Shown here piece after piece: positions 57,443 through 64,000 of a stretch of 64,000 bases of DNA (position 1 is its first letter; each line of letters begins with the position of its first letter). The DNA comes from an uncultured Anaerolineales bacterium (GTDB lineage Bacteria > Planctomycetota > Phycisphaerae > FEN-1346): positions 585 through 64,584 of the forward strand of contig CAYVAM010000001.1 of NCBI GenBank assembly GCA_964449275.1, written 5' to 3'. The position numbers and the translations under genes were made by a program. The notes beneath the pieces are model-generated. The model saw nothing but the letters and a program-made list of their open reading frames with translations. It was not told where the DNA came from and made no database searches.

Positions 57443-58201
57443 ATGAGGCACGCCGAATCCGACAATCAGAAACTGAGGGGTAAGGCCCGGCTTTTCGACC
57501 GTTGGATGCCGCAGGGCGTCGAGACGCTGCTGGACGTTGGCTGTGCCTACAGCCCCATGCTGCACCTGCTGGGCCGAAAAGCCCGGCTGGCCTGCGGCGT
57601 GGAATACGACTTCGAGAAACTCCGGCAGGCCGGCCGACGGTTTCCCGAGAATTGCTACATCCGCGCTTCCGGGGAGACCCTGCCGCTCGAGAGCGAGTCG
57701 ATGGACGTGGTCACCTTCTTCGAAGTGCTGGAACACGTGGGGCGCGAGCGGCGGTTCCTGGAAGAGGTACACCGCGTGCTGCGCCCCGCCGGCCGCATTA
57801 TCCTGAGCGTGCCCAACAAGGGCTTGGCTGAACCGCTCGACATGGATAACCTGGTTTTTGCCCCGGCCTTGAAGGTCGCCAAACGCCTGGGCCTGTTTCG
57901 CCGCGTCAGCGATTACCACCTCAGGCACCACCGCCATTACAACGTTCAGGATTTGGAAAGGCTCTTCGACGGTCTGTTCCGGATCGACGCGGTCTACTAC
58001 GGGGGACTGGTGGCCAACCAGATCGGGTTCCTGATCTACAAGTCCGGCACGGTTGGTCTGCGGCTGCTGGGTCTCGCCGAGGACGCGCCGCTGATGAAGC
58101 GCATGGAGGCCTGGATGAACACGGTGACCGACTGGGATTTCGACCATACCTACGGCCCGCGGTCCGACAAATTGGCCGTCCGCGCTCACCGGATCGGGTG
58201 A
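57443..58201 (+). CDS. Class I SAM-dependent methyltransferase
   Basis: Motif I LLDVGCAYSP. Also DVVTFFEVLEHV and LRPAGRIILSVPN. It is the tail of the track's artefactual 54839..58201 ORF. Confidence 0.7.
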   Translation: MRHAESDNQKLRGKARLFDRWMPQGVETLLDVGCAYSPMLHLLGRKARLACGVEYDFEKLRQAGRRFPENCYIRASGETLPLESESMDVVTFFEVLEHVGRERRFLEEVHRVLRPAGRIILSVPNKGLAEPLDMDNLVFAPALKVAKRLGLFRRVSDYHLRHHRHYNVQDLERLFDGLFRIDAVYYGGLVANQIGFLIYKSGTVGLRLLGLAEDAPLMKRMEAWMNTVTDWDFDHTYGPRSDKLAVRAHRIG

Positions 58202-58217
58202 AGGAGCCGATGCGTTT

Positions 58218-59825
58218 ATGCCTCAGGCCTCTGCGCAACCGTCTCGAAGGTCGACCCGGAGCGGGCGTCTGTTGCCGGTCCGCGCGAGTCTGCGCGAGCA
58301 CCCGGCTGCCTGCGCCTGGCTGGTCGCCCTGCTGATCGGATTGGCCGTCTTCGCCGTCGGCGCCGTCACCGACCCGTCGTTGGGCGACGAGAATTACCAT
58401 TTCCGCAAAGCGGCCCACTTTGCCCGGGCGGGCCGGCGCCTTACGCACGATCCCGACTATGGCCCCACCGTGCCGCCGGGCATCCCGTACTATGACGGGC
58501 CGCTGTGGCACGGCCTGTTGGCCGCCGTCTGGCGCGTGACCGGACCGAGCGTCCTGGTTGCCCAAGCATACCAGGCCCTGTGGGTGGTGCTGTTTGTGGG
58601 GCTGGCGTGGACGGCGGGCCGGCATCTGGGCGGCCCGGCGGCGGCGTGGTGGACAGCGCTGATAGCGGGGACGCTGCCCGTGACGCTGTTCTTTGGCGTC
58701 GTCCTCTACGTGGAGGCGGCCATGCTGGCGCTGTTGGCCGGGTGCGCCGCACTGCTGATTCGCCGCCGCGCGCTGCTCGCGGGCATCGCCTTCGGGGCGG
58801 CGTTTCTGGCGCGCCCCGCAGTGGCGGTGGCCTACCCGGCCTTTCTGGTGGGGTGCCTGCTTCTGGAAGAGCCGGCGTGGTCGAAGCGGCTGCTGAAGGC
58901 GTTTCTCGGCAGCCTCGGCGCCGCCCTGCTCATCACGCCGGACCTCGTGTGGCGCAAGATGAACCTGGGCACCATCGGCGTGGTTTACCTGACCCGCTCA
59001 GGCGGCGACCCCCACATTCCCGAAGCCATCCGCCGGATGCTGCTTGAGAAAGGGCCTGAGACGTTCTACTGGGCGGCGAGCGTTCTCAAGCCGGCGGACG
59101 TTCTCATGCACCTTGGCCTGGTGGTGCTGGTCGGGGCGGTGCTCTCGCTCGTTCTGATCCGCCGGCTGGGTCGGCCCGCCCAGGCGCTGTGGGCCGTGGC
59201 CGTCGCATTTCTCGTGCCCCAAGTGGCCATCATGGCCGTCAACCGGTTTCCGGACGTTCGGTACCTGATGCCCGTGTTCCCCGTGTTCGTGCTGCTGGCG
59301 GGGTGGGCTGTGTCGGCGGCGCTGGGGCGAAGCGGGAGACCTGTCCTGGCCGGGCTGATTATCCTGGTAGCCGTGGCCCAGGCCGGCAGCGTGGTCGCGT
59401 TCGTGTATTATCGCCGGCAGGTGGCCCCGGAGGCGATGGAGGCCATGCGAACGCTGGGTCGGCTCGACGTGCGCCACCCGCCGGGCTTTGTGGTATGCCC
59501 GGAGGCTTCGGTGACTACCTACAGCGGGCGGCCGATTCTTTGGGCGGCCATCAACCCGGGCGCCTTCTTCTTCCGCTGGTCTCCCGAGAAGCAGTGGACG
59601 CTGCTGGACTACTACGGTGTCGAGTTCATCGCCGTGCCGCAACACCGCGTCTACGACGACACGAAGACGAAGCACACGGGCGGTTTCCCGCGGAGTTACG
59701 TCCAGCGGCTGCCGGAACTGCCGTATGTCGCCGATGGCCCGGTGGTCAATCGGGGCGGGTTGACCGTTTACCGGGTCCGCCCCCGAGGGTCGGTGCCGGG
59801 TGGGGCTTCGTGTCCGTCCGGCTGA
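58218..59825 (+). CDS. GT-C fold membrane glycosyltransferase (ArnT/PMT-like, GT39/GT83-type)
   Basis: 535 aa with about 11 TM helices. DENYHFRKA acidic motif in the first periplasmic loop. Paralogous to 59768..61588. Confidence 0.6.
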   Translation: MPQASAQPSRRSTRSGRLLPVRASLREHPAACAWLVALLIGLAVFAVGAVTDPSLGDENYHFRKAAHFARAGRRLTHDPDYGPTVPPGIPYYDGPLWHGLLAAVWRVTGPSVLVAQAYQALWVVLFVGLAWTAGRHLGGPAAAWWTALIAGTLPVTLFFGVVLYVEAAMLALLAGCAALLIRRRALLAGIAFGAAFLARPAVAVAYPAFLVGCLLLEEPAWSKRLLKAFLGSLGAALLITPDLVWRKMNLGTIGVVYLTRSGGDPHIPEAIRRMLLEKGPETFYWAASVLKPADVLMHLGLVVLVGAVLSLVLIRRLGRPAQALWAVAVAFLVPQVAIMAVNRFPDVRYLMPVFPVFVLLAGWAVSAALGRSGRPVLAGLIILVAVAQAGSVVAFVYYRRQVAPEAMEAMRTLGRLDVRHPPGFVVCPEASVTTYSGRPILWAAINPGAFFFRWSPEKQWTLLDYYGVEFIAVPQHRVYDDTKTKHTGGFPRSYVQRLPELPYVADGPVVNRGGLTVYRVRPRGSVPGGASCPSG

Positions 59826-61588
59826 GGCGCGGCGTCGCCTCGGTGGGCGGCCTGGGCCGGCCGTTCCGGTGTTTCGGGTTCCTCCGGCATCCGCCACGCT
59901 CGTGGCATTCGCTCGGGATGCACCTGGTAGACGAGGAACTTCCCCTCCGCGTCGCCGTCGTAGTCGGGCGGGTAGACCGGTTCCAGGTACGGCCGGCGGT
60001 CCAGCGTGGCGATCCAGTCGCGCGGATACTCCATGACGGGGCGGGTAGGGACGGCGGGCGGCCCCCGGCGCGTCGGGTGGACGGCGATGTAGTCGATGCC
60101 GAGCACGCTCAGTATCGTGGCCTGGGCCGGCTCCGTGGTGGTGAAAAAGAACCGTGGCAGCACCGCCGCCCAGAAGATAGGCCGGCCGGTCAGCGTCGTC
60201 AGGTTCTCTTCCAGGTACAGGAAGCGGGCATCCGGTTCGGTGTGTCGGCGAATCCATCGGTAGGCGGCAACGGTCTGCTCGGGCAACTGCCGATTGGCAT
60301 GGACAACAGCCGGCGCGGCGGCCAGTTGAACCGCGCACAGGACCACCAGCGCGCTTGCGCCGATGCGGGCGGGCCGGCGCCATCGGTCGGTCCGCGAGAA
60401 GGGGCGGAGCGCCACCAGCGCCCCGGCCAGCAGTAAGCCGGCCGGAAGCGTCACCGGTTCCAGGTACCGCACGTCGTAGGCCCTGCGAAGCATAACGACG
60501 TACGCCGCCAGGTAGAAGAGCAGCGGCAGACCGCAGACCACAATGCTCCGGGGAAGGTGGGAACCCGAGATTGCCGGTTCGTTGCCGGAGGCTTTGCTGG
60601 GCCGACGCTTCAGGAGCCGGCGAACGCGGCCGACCGGCGCACCGACCGTCACCGCGACGGCCCAGCCGAGAGCCACCAGGCCCCCGACGCCGAACATCTT
60701 GAGATCATGCGTCGGGTTGAAGATGCTGAGCGGCACGGCAGTCCGTTCGGGCACGGGCATCCGGTTGGAGGCTAGCAACAACCAGTCGGGGTAGAACGGG
60801 GTCGTGCTCACGTAGTGCCGTAACTTGATCGGTTGGCCGAAATGGACGCTCTGCCAGATCAGGTCCGGGGCCACGGCCACCAGCGTGACCGCGATCGCCA
60901 GCCCCACCCGGCCCAGGCGACGTTTCCAACTGTTCCCCATAACGAGCAGCGCCGCGACAAGGGTCGGCGGAATCAGAACCGAGGCGGTGGTCTGCTTTGT
61001 CAGGTACATGCCCGCCAAGGCCAGCCCCATCAGCACCGCCCGCCGACGCAACAGAAAATAGAAAGCGGCGGCGGCGAAGGCCAGCACCGGCACCTCCAGG
61101 TAAAACGTCATGGCAAAGAGCAGGTTCATCGGGACCGTCAGCACCAGGACCCAGGCCCACACCCCCCCGCGATGGCCGTACAGTTCCCGCCCGCACAGGT
61201 ACGTGAAGATGCCGAGGGCGAAGAGAAACGCCCCGTGATAGACCTGGGCCGCCCACAGGGCCGGCGTGCCGAGGACCTTCCACACCAGGGCCAGGCCCAT
61301 GTGCCAGAGCGCCGCCCCCCAGTAGAGCACTGCGGCGAGCCCCTCGGGCGGATACGCCGGATCGTGCGTCACGCGGAAGTCCGGCCATTGTGCCTCGAAA
61401 CAGTTGATGGCATGGCGAAAGTGCCTGGCCTCGTCGCCGAGGATCGGTTCCGTGCCGTACGTCCACGCCCCTGCGTATCCGCAGACCAGCAGCGTCGCGA
61501 GCGAGACGGCCAGCAGCCGCCGACGGTTCGACGCCGGCTCTCCGTCCGGCAGCAGGTTCGCGGGATGGTTCGAGTGCGGACGGGTCAT
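59768..61588 (-). CDS. GT-C fold membrane glycosyltransferase (ArnT/PMT-like), paralog
   Basis: 606 aa, multi-TM. GDEARHFRHA motif. Its 3' end overlaps the convergent paralog by 58 bp. Confidence 0.6.
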   Translation of the reverse strand: MTRPHSNHPANLLPDGEPASNRRRLLAVSLATLLVCGYAGAWTYGTEPILGDEARHFRHAINCFEAQWPDFRVTHDPAYPPEGLAAVLYWGAALWHMGLALVWKVLGTPALWAAQVYHGAFLFALGIFTYLCGRELYGHRGGVWAWVLVLTVPMNLLFAMTFYLEVPVLAFAAAAFYFLLRRRAVLMGLALAGMYLTKQTTASVLIPPTLVAALLVMGNSWKRRLGRVGLAIAVTLVAVAPDLIWQSVHFGQPIKLRHYVSTTPFYPDWLLLASNRMPVPERTAVPLSIFNPTHDLKMFGVGGLVALGWAVAVTVGAPVGRVRRLLKRRPSKASGNEPAISGSHLPRSIVVCGLPLLFYLAAYVVMLRRAYDVRYLEPVTLPAGLLLAGALVALRPFSRTDRWRRPARIGASALVVLCAVQLAAAPAVVHANRQLPEQTVAAYRWIRRHTEPDARFLYLEENLTTLTGRPIFWAAVLPRFFFTTTEPAQATILSVLGIDYIAVHPTRRGPPAVPTRPVMEYPRDWIATLDRRPYLEPVYPPDYDGDAEGKFLVYQVHPERMPRAWRMPEEPETPERPAQAAHRGDAAPQPDGHEAPPGTDPRGRTR

Positions 61589-61597
61589 CGTTGTCCC

Positions 61598-62227
61598 TCA
61601 GGCGTCACCCTGTTCGAGAGCGCATTTGCCGTGGCCGCCGTCTCGCGAGTCGGCTCTGTCGGACGCCGAGGGGCCTGCCTCGCCGCGGTAGCGGATGACC
61701 TGGGCAGGAACCCCCGCTGCCACGGCCTGGTCGGGTACGTCGTGGCGAACAAGGGCGGCAGCGCCGATGACGGCCCGGTTGCCGATCGTCACCCCCTTCA
61801 GCACCGTCACGCCGGCGCCGAGCCAGACGTCCTGGCCGACGTGGATCGGCTCGGCCTCGACCGGCTGTGTGGCGACCGGGGTGTTGGGGTCGGCATAGCC
61901 GTGGTTGAAGTCCACCAGGTTGGCGTGCGGGGCGATGATTGTGTCGGCCCCGATGCAGATGTCGGCGTTGCTGGTGATTACGCCGTACTCACCGATGTAA
62001 ACGTTGTCGCCGAGTTCAATGCGGCCGCTCTCGGCGGTCGAAAGCACCACCCCGCGCATCAGCCTCACGCCGTTGCCGATCACAATGGGCCGGTGTCGGG
62101 CGCACGCCAGGCAGACGCCCGGCTGGATCGTGCATCGGTGTCCGAGGCGTCCGCCGCGCAGCCGCAGCACCAGCCGCCAGAACGTGACCCGGCAGAAGTT
62201 GATCAGTCGGATTGCAGTGCCGAACAC
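61598..62227 (-). CDS. Hexapeptide-repeat (left-handed beta-helix) sugar O-acetyltransferase
   Basis: Hexapeptide repeats (IGNGVRLMRGVVL..., IGEYGVITSNADICIGADTII..., VGQDVWLGAGVTVLKGVTIGNRAVIGAAALV). Confidence 0.7.
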   Translation of the reverse strand: MFGTAIRLINFCRVTFWRLVLRLRGGRLGHRCTIQPGVCLACARHRPIVIGNGVRLMRGVVLSTAESGRIELGDNVYIGEYGVITSNADICIGADTIIAPHANLVDFNHGYADPNTPVATQPVEAEPIHVGQDVWLGAGVTVLKGVTIGNRAVIGAAALVRHDVPDQAVAAGVPAQVIRYRGEAGPSASDRADSRDGGHGKCALEQGDA

Positions 62228-62281
62228 GACTCCGGGCCTCCGCTTTCAGGCGATGCTGCCGCAGGTTGCAGTCCGGGACGT

Positions 62282-62947
62282 TTACCGCTGGCGGATCACC
62301 ACGGCCGGAACGCCCCCGGCGACGACTCCCGGAGGCAACCGGCCCGAGACAACCGCCCCGGCGCCCACGACCGTGCCGCGGCCGACGTGCGAACCCGGCA
62401 GGAGTACCGCCCGGTACCCGATCCACACGTCGTCCTCGACGGTAATCTCGGCCGTCCGGATGCCTTGGGAGATAATCGTGGCTCTCGGATCGTCGAAGAC
62501 ATGGCCGCCCGTCACCGCGCCGGCGCCGCGGGTGAACAGGACGTTGCGTCCGAGGCGAATCGTGCTGCCATGATGGCACAGCAGTTCCGCGCCGCTGTAA
62601 ACGATTGAGCCGTCGCCCACGATGATTCGCCCGTTGCCGCCCAGCGTATCGAGCGTGGCCCGGCCGATGAAACACCGCCGGCCCAGGGTCACGTTCCAGT
62701 CGATCCGGGCCAGCGGATGGATCAGCGACCGCGTCACAAGAGCCCGGACCAGGTTTACCAGTGGACGCCACAGGATGCACGTGGCCAACCCGCGCATGAG
62801 CGTCTCGCGAAGCACATGGCCGCCCACCCGTGCAAACTGCCCGTCGGTTGTCTCGTGCATCGGGACCTCGAACTCGCCCGATGAAGCACCGGCCACGGAC
62901 GCACGACGCCGGTTTGGCCATTTAACATAGGCTGTCGGTGCAGGCAT
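62282..62947 (-). CDS. Hexapeptide-repeat acetyltransferase (second copy)
   Basis: Left-handed beta-helix repeats (IIVGDGSIVYSGAELLCHHGSTIRLG..., VEDDVWIGYRAVLLPGSHVGRGTVVGAGAVV). The start is uncertain. M at 62947 or 62860. Confidence 0.6.
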   Translation of the reverse strand: MPAPTAYVKWPNRRRASVAGASSGEFEVPMHETTDGQFARVGGHVLRETLMRGLATCILWRPLVNLVRALVTRSLIHPLARIDWNVTLGRRCFIGRATLDTLGGNGRIIVGDGSIVYSGAELLCHHGSTIRLGRNVLFTRGAGAVTGGHVFDDPRATIISQGIRTAEITVEDDVWIGYRAVLLPGSHVGRGTVVGAGAVVSGRLPPGVVAGGVPAVVIRQR

Positions 62948-63004
62948 GTCAAGGATGGATGGGTCCAGTGTCGCTGTGGCGTGACAGGCGAAAAACTTGA
63001 GCCT

Positions 63005-63032
63005 TGACGGAAGGCGGCCGGTGTTATATTCT
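63005..63032 (+). promoter_or_regulatory. Sigma70-like promoter: -35 TTGACG, -10 region TGtTATATTCT (extended -10)
   Basis: In the divergent region between the acetyltransferase operon and the ArsR gene, about 55 nt upstream of ATG 63088. Confidence 0.4.
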
Positions 63033-63087
63033 AGCACCGGAATATGGTTCGCGGCGGGACTGTGCGTGTCGTATGCGGAGAGGTCTT

Positions 63088-63462
63088 ATGGGCTCTCGAA
63101 AGGCGGACGAATGGGCCAAGAAGTTGAGGGTCCTGTCGCATCCGACCCGGCTGATGATCCTCGAGGAACTTCTGAAAGGCGTCAAGTGCGTCAACGATAT
63201 GACCGAGTTGCTCGAACTACCTCAACCGAACGTCTCGCAGCATTTGATGGCCCTCCGGGAGGCTGGTCTCGCTGAGTGTCGGCGGCATGGGCTGTTTCGC
63301 TGTTACTACCTGCCGAAGCCGGCTCTGGTCCGCGGCCTGTTCGATGTTCTTGGAAAGGATTACCGCACAGGGGTTCCCTCCCGGGATAAGATCGTGGCGG
63401 CTTCGGGGCAGGCCCAGCGAAAGACGCACGCTCGGCGGAAGGTGAGGAAGCGAGGGGTTTGA
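63088..63462 (+). CDS. ArsR/SmtB family transcriptional regulator
   Basis: Winged HTH (LSHPTRLMILEELLKGVKCVNDMTELLELPQPNVSQHLMALREAGL). The canonical CVC metal site is absent (VKCVND). GGAGAGG RBS is present. Confidence 0.7.
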   Translation: MGSRKADEWAKKLRVLSHPTRLMILEELLKGVKCVNDMTELLELPQPNVSQHLMALREAGLAECRRHGLFRCYYLPKPALVRGLFDVLGKDYRTGVPSRDKIVAASGQAQRKTHARRKVRKRGV

Positions 63463-63488
63463 GCCCCGCCTCCGGCGGTTCGACCGTT

Positions 63489-64000
63489 ATGGATTTGGCG
63501 GAAAGAAGCGAAATGGTGAACGTGGCGGGTAAGACCATGAGACGTCCCGGGGTCGAGGTATTCGAGCAAGGGGCCTCGCGGTACGACGCCTGGTTCGAAA
63601 CGGCTCGCGGGCGGGCGATTTTCGCAGCCGAAGTCCGATGTCTCCGACACCTCAGCGCCGACCTTCCCCGGCCCTGGCTCGAGGTGGGGGTGGGCACGGG
63701 GCGGTTTGCCGCGGCCCTGGGGATGGATGTGGGCGTGGATCCGGCAATGGCGCCGTCACAATATGCCCGAGCCAGGGGGATAGCGGCAGCGGCGGCGCTG
63801 GGGCAGGCGTTGCCCTTTGCCGACGGTCAGTTCGGAGCCGTCTTTGTGATTGTGACTATCTGCTTTGCGGATGATCCATCCGGGTTACTGGCGGAGGCGC
63901 GGCGGGTCGTGAAAGGGGATGGCGGAGTCGTCCTGGGCATTGTGCCGGCAGGCAGTGCGTGGGCGAGGCTGTACGCGTCGAAGGGGATGTCGGGCCACCC
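63489..64000 (+). CDS. Class I SAM-dependent methyltransferase (5' partial; runs off the window end)
   Basis: It is not in the ORF track because no stop falls inside the window. The frame is open from 63489. Motif I LEVGVGTGRF. Also LPFADGQFGAVFV and VKGDGGVVLGIVP. The start may be 63489, 63513 or 63537. Confidence 0.6.
   Translation, partial: MDLAERSEMVNVAGKTMRRPGVEVFEQGASRYDAWFETARGRAIFAAEVRCLRHLSADLPRPWLEVGVGTGRFAAALGMDVGVDPAMAPSQYARARGIAAAAALGQALPFADGQFGAVFVIVTICFADDPSGLLAEARRVVKGDGGVVLGIVPAGSAWARLYASKGMSGH

Noticed and set aside
54839-58201. 1120-aa plus-strand ORF spanning two minus-strand genes
   Set aside because: Only its last 252 codons (57443..58201) form a coherent SAM-methyltransferase. 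The rest is antisense to the HprK-like and rSAM genes.
1-64000. CRISPR arrays, rRNA genes, intact transposase or prophage structural genes
   Set aside because: I looked for regularly spaced direct repeats of 25-40 bp with unique spacers and found none. The only regular arrays are the 7-bp heptamers at 17.9 and 18.5 kb. No rRNA-like or transposase-like sequences were recognised. The only recombinase signal is the truncated integrase fragment.

Overview
This 64 kb window is a high-GC (roughly 68-70%) chromosomal segment that looks Planctomycetota-like. Evidence: PEP-CTERM sorting signals, dockerin-like repeats, Tat-secreted Cys-type sulfatases, a CxxCH cytochrome fused to a beta-propeller, and a HEAT/PA14 protein. 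All calls are made by eye from the sequence and the ORF track. Family names rest on motifs I recognise, not on database searches. The many long antisense ORFs in the track are treated as high-GC artefacts.

Layout:
(a) 1-10.8 kb is a housekeeping block: ileS, argD, rph, a SPOR-like lipoprotein, rdgB, a secreted PA14 plus GH10-like protein, and lysA (minus strand).
(b) 10.8-24.4 kb is an accessory block. It holds a giant dockerin/PEP-CTERM surface protein, an alpha-glucan cluster (GH57 and GT4) with a four-helix-bundle gene cassette inserted between inverted heptamer arrays, and two sulfatases. Copies of a MITE-like element with 23-bp terminal inverted repeats are scattered through it.
(c) 24.5-43 kb holds a nucleotide-sugar dehydrogenase, the cytochrome/beta-propeller protein, and a sharply low-GC (about 50-55%) two-gene island at 29.2-30.5 kb encoding a PD-(D/E)xK-like protein and an unknown partner, followed by a dense hairpin cluster. 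It continues with a GH42-like protein, a PEP-CTERM protein, an esterase, a DUF2007 membrane protein, a rhomboid protease, tRNA-Met(CAU) with a degraded integrase/att remnant, a Gfo/Idh/MocA oxidoreductase and a HEAT/PA14 protein.
(d) 43.4-64 kb is a large glycan-modification locus. It contains a GT2 pseudogene fragment, DegT, six or seven SAM methyltransferases, a FemAB-like acyltransferase, a Wzx flippase, an Alg14/Alg13 split glycosyltransferase, two B12-binding radical SAM enzymes flanking a tandem pair of HprK-like P-loop proteins, two GT-C membrane glycosyltransferases, two hexapeptide acetyltransferases and ArsR.

A GC-rich REP-like palindrome family recurs at gene 3' ends, with tandem duplications that recopy the upstream gene's stop codon.

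The most likely candidates for an undescribed system are the low-GC PD-(D/E)xK two-gene island, and the module of a rSAM, two HprK-like proteins and a second rSAM inside a 10-gene overlapping operon.
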